This document shows positions 51,100-64,000 of a stretch of DNA of 64,000 nt, in pieces. The DNA is taken from positions 118,668,001-118,732,000 of the forward strand of contig OX597821.1 of the NCBI GenBank assembly GCA_951406725.2. Direction: 5' to 3'. Positions within the stretch are counted from its first letter, which is position 1. Every line of letters starts with the position of its first letter. The notes under the pieces are model-generated. The model was given only the letters and a program-made list of their open reading frames with translations. It did no database searches and was not told the DNA's origin. Origin of the DNA: Octopus vulgaris. Taxonomy: Eukaryota. The position numbers and the translations under genes are program-made.

Positions 51100-52260
51100 A
51101 TGTCTGCCAGAGGCTTAACCTCAATCCAGATTGCCTTTGAATGTCGTATCCTAACCCTTCAACAACACCTCTTAACCTTGACCAAGTTTGCCTAGATGAG
51201 GCTGACGATATCAGAAGACTTGGAAGGTAACTCCTTGAGCAGTATTCCTTGTCAGATAACCTGAAATGCATACCCATAGAAGTTGTAAGACTCTATCGCT
51301 ACGTATCATTGGGGGAAACGATGAGCATATATCAGCAGAAGATTATTCATGGATATATTTGTAGAAGGCTCCATTATGATAGTAACACTGATCATCAAAG
51401 CGATCAATGATGGACCAATAGCCGGATTACTACCTCCCACTTTGAAGGTATCCGGTTGCAATTCGGAAACAGAAAATATCAACCAAATACCTACAGCACA
51501 AAAGCGATAGAGATGCAGGAAGAGTAGTAAAATGTTCATCTGGTGCAGATTTTGTGGGGTTAACACCGAACACATCAACCATTCATAAGCAGTTGTCTGA
51601 AAATGTTATCACAGTATAATCTACCGATGAGGCATGATGTGGTAGCTAGGACACACTGTGATAAAATTGATTGGAAGGGTAACACCGAGGACAAAGAAAT
51701 AAGAACCCACAGTATGGTAGAAGCCATAGCTACTAATAATAAAAAGGAGTAAAAAGGAGTACTAGTGGAATATAAGCACAGTAGACCTGATATAACGATT
51801 TGGGATAGAGAAGAGAAACTGTGTACAGTTGTGGAAATTGCTGTCCAGCGGGTGTTAACTTAAAGATGGAGATCAATGAAAAAGAGAACACCTACGCTGA
51901 ACTATTGAGAAATCTGAAGTTACACTAACCAAATTACAAGTTCAGATTTATACCTGTAATTATTGGATATGTAACAACCCTGCCTAAATACCGATCTTGA
52001 GAAATTCGGCTTCTCAAAACCAGAAAGGAGAAAGCTAATTCGAAAAATACAGATCCAAACCATCACTGGAACTGTAGAAATCCGTAAAACTTTCCAGAAG
52101 TTTAGCATTTAAATATATATCAGCATGCCTAGATATGCAACTATATGCACGAGTATACATACAGAGTACAAATCATACAAATCTGCACATATAAATACAT
52201 ACAAACAAACAAAAATACCCTGTTGTTAATGTTGTAATTCCAATGAAGGAGCCTTGGACC
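51100..52260 (+). mobile_element. R4/Dong-like (RLE) non-LTR 3' fragment
   Basis: CCHC region as at 31270-31830, plus 'KHSRPDITIWDREEKLCTVVEI...EKENTYAELL...FIPVIIG' (RLE). Confidence 0.75.
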
Positions 52261-53257
52261 TGGGTTAGAAACCGGCGCTTTTTCTACGGGAAAAACTTCT
52301 TGAAATAAAACCAAATAACGTCATACATATATACATTGCCATACTCAGTGCCCCGATCCATCATTCAGTGAGATATCCATTTGCTAGATTTCTTCTACTG
52401 AATATTTTTAGAGCAGAACAAAAAAGATATTTCATATTTGACAAAACTCCAAACATCTTTTTTACAAAATCAATAGCATTCCTTAACTTTTTAAAATTCT
52501 ATTTATAGCATTTATGTTTCACTTTGTTTAGGGATAAACATTTATTTTATTTAATTCAAAATTAAAAGTATTTTTTTGTTTTTCGGATTTTAAGATTTTT
52601 CTTCCAAGTTCTTAGTTTTAATATAAGATATAGAAGAGTTTAAAAGGAAACAAGTCTTGATAAATATTACGATGGTGTACTTCATTTCAAATTCTACTTT
52701 CAAATTATTGGGAATTATGAAGTTAACCTAAACACTTTTGATGGCGACGCCCTTGTACGACAAACACGGTAGTGGCACCGCTCATAGAATATATAGGGAA
52801 CATTAAACATTATAATGATTTTAGAATGATGGAATGTTTATATAAGCATTCCAATGAAATACGACTAACACAAAGTTTTCTCAGTTACCATTTATAAATA
52901 GTGATCGAGTGAACGCAATAAATGGATTTAGAGTTGGTATTCCTTTATAACTTTGAATATTTCTAATAAAATAGGCGGTGAAATGGCCAAGGTGCTATCA
53001 TTTCAAACAAAATGCTTTGCAGGATTTCTCTGGGGTCTTTACGTTCTGAGTTGAAATCCTGCCAGGGTCACCTTTGCCAATCATACCTCTTCGGTACTGA
53101 GGATGAATTAACCAACTGTCCACCTCACACAGAAGCAATTCCCGGCATTGTGCCGAAACCAGAAACAACTTTATAACGGTCTCTCTTCGGTTTCCTTACA
53201 ATGAATTACTACGCTATGTCACATGTGTTTATGTATGCTGCCTCTGTGTCTGTGTAC

Positions 53258-53289
<32 letters not shown>

Positions 53290-53964
53290 GAATGCATAAG
53301 TATAAAACTCAATACATCCAAATTTAGTTGATTTGAAGAGGGGATTGTTTTTCTGCAGAAGGGCTTCGAAAATGCAATTGATTTAGTTACAGACCAATAA
53401 CTAAGAATATGATAAGACAGCTTTGCGACATCTCGTCTGTTTAAATTTTTTCTGAGTTCAAATTCCGCCGAGGTCGATTTTGCTTTTCATTATTTCAGGA
53501 TCGATAACATAAATTCCACCAGTTGAGCACTGGGGTCGATGCAATCGACTTACCCTTCCGTCGACATTACTTGCCTTATGACAAAATGTGTAAGCAATAT
53601 ACTAATGCATTGTATCATCAATAAAAAGACGGATGAAAGAGATGGGCGTTAGTGAAGCTAAAGGGGAGAAGACGATGGTAGATGAGGTTTGGAGGCCCAG
53701 AGCGATCAAAAGAAAGAGACGGAGGGTGAGATTTAAGAAGAGAGAAACCTCTAGAAGAAAAGAGAAAAGTCTAGAAGGAATAATGGAAAACAACAAAGTA
53801 AAAATAAAAACCAAGAACTTATAACACGACAGGATCTGACTTTATATATACATATATAAATACATATACACACACAAACTCACACACGCATATACATATA
53901 TATATACAAACATATACATCCAGACGTATAAATGCGTGTATGCTTTAATGAATGTGTGTGACCG

Positions 53965-54008
<44 letters not shown>

Positions 54009-54117
54009 TATATATAAATATATATATATGGGTGTGTCAGTGTGATTGTGTATGCGTGTGTTCTTCTATACACGTACAAGTTTGCATAGAAATGGACATA
54101 AACATATACATATATTA

Positions 54118-54155
<38 letters not shown>

Positions 54156-54348
54156 ACAGTTCACGGAAATAACAAAAGACGAAGACAGGTGGTGTACAAA
54201 ACAAACAGATGTATTATTATAACGCTCAGGAAATTGAAACAGTATTTTACGTTTCAGGTCTCTTCTCTTCTACAGAAAGGGACACAGAAATAAAAACGAG
54301 GAGAGAAAGAAGAAGAGAGAAAAATGCGATACCGATCTATCATGGCGA

Positions 54349-54380
<32 letters not shown>

Positions 54381-54556
54381 GTATGTACATACATACACGT
54401 ATGTACAGTTCTATATGCATATATGTATGTATTTATGTGTAGGTAGACAGATATAGAGACAGAGACAGAGAGGCGGTGAGAGAGATTAATTAATCAAATA
54501 TTTGTGTGTGCGTATCTATAAATGTTAAATCTTAAACGTAATAAAATTTGTTTTAC

Positions 54557-54640
54557 CTCTGAAATATCGGCTCCAGCAATCAATTCGCTTCCCGATCTTT
54601 TAACAACTGATTACGTCTATTCAGTTGCCTTATATAAGTG
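54557..54640 (-). promoter_or_regulatory. Candidate core promoter (TATA + Inr) and short non-coding first exon
   Basis: Minus strand TATATAA begins at 54636, TCAGTT lies at 54610-54605 (A 28 nt after the TATA start), and a donor-like AG|GTAAAA is at 54556. Confidence 0.3.
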
Positions 54641-54830
54641 TGTCTAAAACTGCAGACGGTACCTCATATGCATATCGAATAAATTGGACAATTGTTATTA
54701 ATCGTTAAGTGTTTTATTTTTAAAACGCCAGTCACAGTATTTCCTGTTGTTGTATGTTATGAGCGATCCTTCTTTAACATTGAGTCATCTTCATTATGTA
54801 TATTAACAAAGCATTGTCTGTTCCTTCCTG

Positions 54831-56017
54831 GAACAGTACCGATCTATGAAATGGAGGGAGTTCACGACCATCATCTTGTTTGAAAATAGTTGAAAAAGCC
54901 TCGGCAAATAATTGACTCTGTTGATAAGGGTCCTCAATCGATACGCCTGTTGAGTCTACCAACGTTGCAATTTGGTTGTTCAAGCGGGAATTCCGTTGGA
55001 CATGGGCAAAGAAGGTTTTTGGATTGCTACTGGCATTTGCCGCGATTTTGTATTCATATCTGAAGCTTTCTTCCTTTTCAATTTTCACGGCTCGGTCACG
55101 TTGAGTTTTGTACACCTCTAAAGCTGCAGTCGAATCTAGATTTTTGAATTCAGCCCAAGCAATATCTCTGAGTCGAAGTTCTCGTTTAACCTTCTTCGTC
55201 ACCCAGGGCTTGTGTTTCTTCTTCTTGGGAAGCCCAATAGAAACTGCCTGGTCAGTCAACCAGATTACATATGCTTTGAGGGATGACCATAGTCCGTCAT
55301 CTGAGGACAACGCCACCAGGGATCGCCAGTCCAGAAGCGCGGAAGCCTCGGTTAGAATTTCAAGATAAATTGCAGAGAAGACTCTACGTGGCAGCGAAGT
55401 AGTCGTGGGCGTAGAACAAGTTATGTGCATGACGAACTTCCGGACCGCATGATCACTCTTGGCGAGAGGGGCGCAGATACGTCTGACACTGATCTTGGAT
55501 AGCGGGAGAATACCAGATCCAGCATATATGGCTACTGCCCAGACCGATGCCTTGTCGGATATTCAACATGTTGCGATAGAAAACAATCTTCAGCCACGTC
55601 AAGAAGGGCCTGGCCGAACCGGGAAGATGATGTACAAATTGATGCGGGCCAATCGATCGTGGGAGCGATGAAGTCTCCTAATATCAAACAGTCATGAGAA
55701 GCTGAAACAAATCTTATCGCTTCGAGTAAATTAGCGTCGTCTTGGGGGTTGGCAAGAGGCGGCCTGTAGACAGCTAACACGGGCAGGCAAAACCCGGATA
55801 GGCTCAGCTTGCAATAGACGGCATCGAATTTTGTTGTGGGTTGAGCATTAGTGGGTAGAATACTGCTGGACGGTTTGAGATCAGATTTAACATACACAGC
55901 AACACCTCCACCTCGCCTTTTTTCTCTGTCACATCTGAAGAGGGCGTAGCCCTGTAGGTGGATTTCTGAGTCCTTTACTGCTGGAGTCAGCCAAGTCTCG
56001 GTGATAGCTATCACATC
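54831..56017 (-). mobile_element. Internal fragment of a CR1-group LINE (endonuclease + linker)
   Basis: 'IAITETWLTPAVKDSEIHLQGYALFRCDREKRRGGGVAVYV...VYRPP...ILGDF...PTRHR'; linker 'KPWVT...NPKTFFAHV'. Confidence 0.85.
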
Positions 56018-57454
56018 TATGAATAGATTTCCAATGGATTAAAATATTGGGTTCCTCGCCAATATGAGACTTGTTGTGTTGCACATTATCTCACCCTCAT
56101 CATCGAATCCACCTTACCTACACAGATTTATCGGGTACCATAAGTCAGGTGCCGAAGTGATCGCAGAGCAACATGGATGTGATGAAAGGTTTTTCTCAAC
56201 AACACAGCGCACCCACGATTCCTTTATCGTGAGTGCAAAACCCTTCACCACGGGGCAATCTCCCCTCCACATCAATTATATTAGCAAGATCCTATAATAC
56301 GCCTGTTAACATACAAGTAGCAATTTTTATCTTCATAGCGCTCCCCTAAAACAAAACCCAGTGATTCCATTGTATATTGGGTTGGCAATAATTTCCCCAG
56401 GACATCACCTCGTCTCTCTAGTTTCTAAAATGCAGGCCCGAAGAATTGTCCCTGTGTGCCATTGAAAGGTTTCAGACTCGCTTCTAATTGATGTTTGTTG
56501 TTCACTGATGACATGGCGTTATACAAAATACTAAAACCAGGCCAATATTAGACACATGTTTGTTTTTCTTTTAGAATTAGTGTTGTTGTTGTTGTCGTTT
56601 TTGCTCATTTCTATGAAGAAAGGCGTTCTAACTTTAGCCATCTAATGTTTTATTCCAGCATTATTCACTATGTTAGTTGCCATTTAAAATAGGGGTTTGT
56701 GATTTGAGGGAGATTTGGCAGCTAGTTGAAGGTGCTCGATCGAGTGCGCACAAAGCATATTCTCGTCGCTTGTCAATGTTTGCTGATTGAGTAAAGCAAT
56801 GGTCAGAGATGTTCCAGTCGTGGTCAACTCGTCGATTTACTTGTACTACTATTCTTGTTGTGTTCTGTCATTAATTAAGAGGATAGTTTGTGATATGGTG
56901 GAAGCTGGTTATTATTACTTAACATGCTGAGCGACAACGTATATCTTTGTCCCGAATGCTTATGGTGGAGATGACAGCGCAAATGCTCAACTGATCAGCA
57001 TTCATTAGATCCGAAATCCACATCAACAAACATTATCGTAATATACCACAACATTATGTGGGTGTTAATGTTCATAGATCTCCCCGGTATCATTCAGTTT
57101 AATACAATGCCGACCTTACTATCAAGACGAACCACCAACCTGTTAAATGACATCTTGCACTAAATTATTCTGCCATCAGCAGATGAATGAGAGTGATTTT
57201 CAACAAGATTTTCCCCCTAAAAGTGTTTAAAATGGTACACGAGATATCCCAAGTACAACACGAGCTCTATCTTCGTTGGTGGCCAACTGACAGGCAAATC
57301 AGTTGTATTGAGCAGAATTTCTGTCGCTGCTCCCTTTTACAATCAGATAAAACATGTACATGGTAACACTTTCAGTCAGTTAAAATCAAAAGCTATGAGT
57401 CATACGTCGCATTGCAACAGGATATATTACTATTATTATTATTATTATTATTAC

Positions 57455-57509
<55 letters not shown>

Positions 57510-57513
<4 letters not shown>

Positions 57514-58500
57514 CTTCAAATTTTCTTCCATTTCTTGCCGAGTGTTTTTCGTACACATAGGGGAGAGAAGCTCATTCTATACATTCCCAGATTGCACACG
57601 CAAATTCACAGGTAAAATATGTATTTAAAAATATTAATAAATAAGTAAATTCATGAATGGATGTTGTTTTCCCAGCGACAATGCTCTTCTCAGTACATGA
57701 GTCGTTCCAGTTAACACGATTTTTGCACTTCCTGTCGGGATGGTAAGCCTGGTGTCATTTTCAAATAGGTTTCAGTACCTTTTCTTTATCATTCCTAGAG
57801 ATCCTACAATCGCTGGTACTGTAGTCACCTTGAGATGCCACATTTTACAATTTCTATTAGCAGGTCTTTATATTTACTAATCTTGTCAAATTCTTTCGCA
57901 AGGAATACTCATGTCAATTAATAAACACACCTTTTTGTCTGATCTTTTATAATGATATCCGGTTTATTATCTTTTATAGTTTTGTCGGTGTGTACGGGGA
58001 AGTCCCACAGAATCGACTCCTTCTTCTCCCTAAGTTACAGCATCGGGAGGGTGTTTATACCATTTGTCAGCGGTTTTGATTTTATATTGCCGACATATTG
58101 TCCAGTGTAAATACTGGCCGACTCTGTCATGTCTTGCTTTATATTCTACAGGTGCTAAGACTCTACACCCTGAGATTAGGTGGTCTATTGTTTCGATCTC
58201 ATCGTTACAGAATCGGCATTTTGGGTCAGCTCCATTTTCATCACATTGGCTTGGTAATTCCAGGTTAATAATCTTTGTTCATGAGCAGCTAATATGAAAA
58301 CTTCACTCTCTGCTTTTGGCCCTGAGCTTCGTAACCATTGATGCGTGTGTTTCTGGTCGACATCAACTTGTTTGCTACGGGCCACTTACTTGCCATGCAG
58401 AGGTTTCTCTTCCCATCTGCAAGCTAATTTTTAATGTGCTTTTATTTTCGTAATTAATTTTCTTTTCTTTGCAGCAGCTGTTGGCGCATTTCCTTCAACC
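57510..58500 (-). mobile_element. R4/Dong-clade 3' fragment ending at (TTA)n
   Basis: Paralog of 33655-34290 that extends to the C-terminus ('VPAIVGSLG..VLTGTTHVLR') and 3' UTR next to (TTA)n at 57425-57511. Confidence 0.8.
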
Positions 58501-58672
58501 TGATAAATATAGGACGAAAGTTGCCGTTGATTAGCTCCAAGAGGCCATCGCCTCTAGCTAGCTATTTGATACAAGAACCTGTGTCCATTATAACCTTCGA
58601 ACAGGGAGGTCACCCACTTCCCCTTGCTTTATTATACACTTTGAACCCATATTATTATTATTATTAACATCA

Positions 58673-58764
<92 letters not shown>

Positions 58765-58789
58765 TTTATTGTCGTTGTTATTGCTATTG

Positions 58790-61700
58790 TTTAGAGCGCT
58801 CCGTAAGTTGGGATTTTGTTGTGGCTTTTTGAAGGTTTTTGACCGTTTTGTTTGTTTTTGTTTTGTGAACCCTTTTTGATGTGCAGAAGGGGTTCTTTTG
58901 TTAAAAGTCCTTCATTTTAGGATCGAATTTTGGACTGTTTCTCAATCACAAATATTTTTTTTTTTTTTTGCTTTTCGTCAAACGAAGAACAAGATGGTTT
59001 CCTCTGTCGAGGGGAGTGACAGCGGCTGTTCTGATGGCCAAAACTGCGAAGATTTCACCCCCTCTGAACAGCACAGGTACCAACACCACTAACAGTACCA
59101 ACACTACCATTAACAGGATATAAGAAGAAAAAAGTCAGGAAAGCACCACCAACACCGTCATGAACACTGACAAAAATGAAAAATCAAACAGGAACAACAA
59201 CGACAAACCAAGCGGCAACGATTTCGCCTCGGCGGCGAAACAAACCAGGCAAGGAATTCAGTTAACTATCGATCACTTAAGAAATGTAAAGGGGCTGTTT
59301 AGGAAGGATGGGCATAATCCCTTACTTAACACACCACGAAAATTGATAAAAGAAACGCAGAAAAAAAACGGTGATGTACAGAATATTAAATATTTTTTGA
59401 AAAAAGAGTGAAACGAGCGACTCAACAGCCATTGGAAATAGCATTAAAACCAGAATGGAAGCGGAAAACATATGTGAGGCGTGGAAGACGCTTCGGCCCT
59501 GTAGAAGTGCGTTTTGCAACAGAAGAAGAAGCAAAGCAGCATGTCACTGTGACATTTGTAAACTGAAGAATTCCTGCTCGTACCGACATTGTTAAGTCGG
59601 CAGGTTACAAAGGTAAAAATTAGGGAGGTGGCCCCGAAATGAATATATGCTGACTTGTACCGGCTGTCCTCTTTGATATAGAGGATACCGCCACAATACT
59701 GGAGGTGCATAAATTGCATCAACAAAATTGGACGGGCCATTGATTGGAACTCCTCGTTCAAACTGAATAATAATCCCTAAATTCTGTCCTTGGTTCTATA
59801 AATTTAGCAGACGGCACGAGGCTAATCGTGGCCGTGGAGGGCAGGAGGCCGAGGTGCTACTTTTGTGAAAATGATCAGCACCTCAAGGTCGACTGCCCCA
59901 AATACAAAGAGATGCGACGGAAGCTACAAGCGACAGTAGAAACGGTGGCACCTCCAGTGCAGCAGCAGCAGGAAACAACCCTATCACCACCAGCAACAGC
60001 AACAGCAACGCCACCTCCAACCGTCGCCAGGGCACCACCATCACCAACACCAACAACGAAAATAAATACCAGTCGGAGTACCACTACCGCCAGTAGCAAT
60101 AACACCACCACCAACTACTGTAGCAGTAGCGGCAGCAACAAATGAACCGCAGCAAAAGCAAGAGCCAGAGGGGTGAGTGGCAAACAGTTCCCCCTAGAAA
60201 AGAAAAAGATAGTAGAAGAAAAGAGGGGGAGGTGCAAACAGGAGAAACTCCCCAACAGCAGCAACACGCACACACAGCCACCGACAACAGCACTATCATC
60301 AGCACTACAACCTCAAACTACAAAACACACTGCACAACACAAACAGACTGCACAAACACCACCAACCTCACAGCCATCAACACCGACAATACACACCTTG
60401 TCGAATACATTAGAGAAAACACAGACACCACAATGAAATACTTTGTCTTCCCAACACACAATGCACCATCACCACACATACAAATTTCTGAAAGTAACAC
60501 AGGACACCTACAACACATTAAAAATTAATTTTCCAAATGCTGTTGGGTCATTCCAAAAAACATTCTCTAAGAGACTATATGAAAATCTCGTGGAAACGCC
60601 CGCAAGAAAGACCAAGGGGTCACCCCTGCTAGGCAACAGCGTTAAGTAGAGCTCTTCTCCATTCTAAATTTATTCTACCAAGGTGATGCTCAGAATAGGT
60701 CATATAAATGTCAGGGGCCTCGGGTGGCATGGAAACAGAGTCACCTTTCAAATGACCTGAGGTTCCTTAGTGTAGATGTTGTAGCCATTAGTGAATCCAG
60801 TCTATCCGACCCACGGGACCTCATCACCTTTTTCGGTGGATACGAGATTTTTCTATCTCCGTGTCGGTCGAAAAGGGACGGTGGTGGTTCTGTGGTGCTT
60901 TTCAAGAAGGGTGTATATTTGAAAATAAAGGCACTTTTCCTGGATCCAGGAGGTAAGTTGGTGGTCCTGGATGTGAACAGCTGTAACGATGGTGCTTTCA
61001 GACAAGTCGCTGGCTATGCTTCAACAGGGGAAGGGCGGTCTCATTACTTCAAGCGTTTCGAGATCTTCCTGGGAACGTCTCGGACTTTAGTATTAGTAGG
61101 GGACTGGAACTCTGTCTTAAATGGACTTTTCGATTGCGTGGAAGTATCTGATAGGAGAGGGGGTGCAAAAACCTCAAAAACCTCTCACTCGTTTTCAATG
61201 GTCTGACAGGTACCGACTAGATTACCCAAATGTGCCAATGTGGACTTGGACAAACCGGATCGGATCATCTAGATCGTGTCAAGATTACAGAGACCTGATA
61301 AACGAATTAGTTAAGCGGGCATTGACGGGTGCAATCGTCAATAACAACTATTGGTTTGCTCTTAAAACGGCAATTAGTGTAGAATCCATTAGGTTTAGCA
61401 AGGCATTAGCAGTTGAGAGAAACAGAATAGAAGGAGATTTAGTTAGAAAGTTAGATGAGGCGCTTAGGACAGGCATCGCAACTGACGTGTCCCAATAGTC
61501 CCGTGACCATTCACGATAACCTCCATCTTATGCGCTACATCAAAGAGAAGGTGGGTAACGATGTTGGCAGGGTAAGACAAATTCATATTATTTATGTCGC
61601 AACCGAAGCAAGGCTCGATAACCTCACTAGCTCCCCCCCCCCCCCAAAAAAAAAATTAGATCAATCTAAAGCCTTTGATAGGGTCGACGATCAATAATTG

Positions 61701-63050
61701 GCTGCTGTCCTCAAGGCAGCTGGTTTCGGTCCATTTTTTTTCCGGTTGGAAAGCTGCTTTGTACAGCTGCATCTGCTCGGTTGTTCGTGTGAATGGTCAC
61801 CGGTCTGCGTTCGGTCCGTCAAGGCTGCTCTCTCTCTCTCTCTCCTCCCTTCTGTATGTAGTGACTCTTGAACCATTTACTGCGGAAGCTGGGGGTGTTG
61901 AGGGGTGTCCCGTGTGATCTAGTATGCGAGAGAAATGCATCTGCTTACGCTGATGATGTCACCGTCATAGTGTCGAGCCACAGGCATATAGACCTGACAG
62001 TCGAAACACTACAGGAATATGAAGCGATAACAGGAGCAAAGATTAACCCGGAAAAGTCAGCGGACTTGCAGCTCGGCACATGGAGATGCAAGGCCATGCG
62101 GTCCAACAGCGTCGTGCTGCGCTGGACAGACAGTCTCAACAAGTTGCTCGGAGTCTGGTTTAGTCCGGACGTCCAAGTGGAGAAGAACTGGGAAGAAGTG
62201 ACGAGAAGGGTAGCGAATCTCACCCAGAAATAGACCAAGTGGAAGCGGTCCATGAAAGATTGAGCGGAGTGACGAACGCGTACATGGCACCCGTCATCTC
62301 CTACCGCTTGACTGTCGTCCCTTGTCCCGTTTCCTGGTTGACCAAGCTTGTGCGCTTACTCGTCCGTTTCATGAGGCAGATGCACGTTCCACTGGTCAGG
62401 TGCTCTATCTGCTGTCAATAGCTGCTGAGTGGAGGACTGGGCATGCCCTGGTTACTGATGCGCAGACGTGCGCTGAGGTTGCTGCATCTCCAGCCTTTCC
62501 TTGACGGTGAGCAGGTGGGATCACCGTTTGTAAGAGGCACTTTTCCACAGCTCGTCTTTTTGACTGAGCGGCAATCCTGGACTATTCGTAGACCGAAGAA
62601 GGGCGCTTGGCAGTCCTCCACCAGGAGGGGCAATGCAGTCGGTGATACTTCCACTCTAATGTTCTAAAGTGGGCTAGTGAAGGGAAAGTGCGACGACGTT
62701 CTCAGGGAAACTCTGGGTGTCGATGAAGATCAACTAACCGATCTGTTTCGCAGCACTTTCAGGCCTGAGCCTATGGATAACTTCAAGAAATCCCTTGCCT
62801 GACAGTGCTACCGAGGGGAGCTGTCTGTTTGGGATAAAATTTATAGGCACGGAAATGCCATCAGCCGGGCCCATGCGAGGTGCGCCCAGAAAGATGAAAC
62901 TGTTCTGTACGCCCTACTCCAGTGCTCAAGTATTGCTGACCGGCGGGTTTATGTCGAACACCTACTGCACACACATCTCCCCTGTCCGAGCATATCTGGT
63001 CAACAAAAAGCAATAAAATCACACGGTCAGTATTTTGGGCATCCAGAAAT
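58790..63050 (+). mobile_element. Degenerate Tx1-like LINE, copy B
   Basis: ORF1 knuckle 'CYFCENDQHLKVDC', EN 'VVAISES...LVGDWNSVL', RT 'LDQSKAFDRVD', 'SAYADDVTV'. Confidence 0.87.
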
Positions 63051-64000
63051 GCTTCAAACAGCTTTGCACACATACATACAAATATAAACGTACATACATT
63101 CATGCATGTGTGCATGTATGTGTGGATGTGTGGATGCCTGTATGTGTGTATGTGTGTGTATGTATGTGTGTATGTATGTAAGTGTGTACGTATGTAAGTG
63201 TGTACGTATGTGTGGAGGTATGTATGCATCTGTGCATACATACATGCAAGCATACCTCCATACATACAGGCATAGATACATACACACATTCATACACATA
63301 TATATACACAGAAACACACATTCACACCTTCATTCATATATACATACATATATACACACACATGCATACATACATACGTACATACATACACACATACATG
63401 CACAGGGACATACATGCCAACAAATATATACACACGCACGGATATAAATACATACATATAATGATATACATACACACATACGTACATACATATATACATG
63501 TATGTATGTATTTGTTTATTTACATATGTATGTATGTGTACGTAGGTATAAATGTATGCGTGTATCTATGCATGTGTGTATGTATGTACAAACAGTCATA
63601 CATACCCACAAGCATACGCACATACATACATGATGGCTGCCCCCTCGTCATCGAGTATGGCCATCGAGTATGGCCATATAAACACACACACATGCTTATA
63701 TAAATACATGCATACACACATACATAATATATAGATGAACACATACATACACACATACAAACATACACATATTCATACATACATACACACGTTCATACAC
63801 ATACCCATATATAGGTATATACATATACACATACATATAAAATGCATACATACATTAATATACACATACACTCATACGCACAAACATGCATACAATATAA
63901 GCACATACATACATTCATACAGACTTATAGATGCATATACGTAAATACATACACACACACATACATTCTTCCATACTTAATCAGATACATAAAAACACAC

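Larger units (their letters stand above)
50860..64000. repeat. Segmental duplication block B (paralog of ~30230-39800)
   Basis: 50860-53970 matches 31020-33620; 54590-56075 matches 30230-30600 plus an insertion; 57870-64000 matches 33655-39800. Confidence 0.9.

Overview
AT-rich, repeat-dominated animal genomic DNA. The SINE types and the (TACA)n/(TTA)n/(GAA)n microsatellite load suggest an octopus or other coleoid cephalopod (inference). Most of the window is nested, decayed mobile DNA: Gypsy, Penelope, R4/Dong, Tx1, RTE, CR1-like, Tc1/mariner, Chapaev-like and SINE elements, plus two segmental duplications. The only host gene I can support is a minus-strand leucine-rich-repeat (LRR) gene largely missed by the ORF track. 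It has a signal-peptide+LRRNT exon (28372-28173), then six 72-bp phase-2/2 LRR exons. Each exon sits in a ~480-bp duplicated cassette inside a ~9.5-kb GAA/GGA tract (11.7-21.2 kb), and two decayed LRR cassettes of a second type follow. The six exons have a near-invariant scaffold but vary at the concave-face residues, like a diversifying modular recognition receptor. No C-terminal (LRRCT/TM) exon was found. Other notable items: an ORF1-only Tx1-type element with a 15-bp TSD inside a SINE head, an RT-less Gypsy element with LTRs and TSD, and an RTE LINE with three C-terminal C2H2-like fingers.
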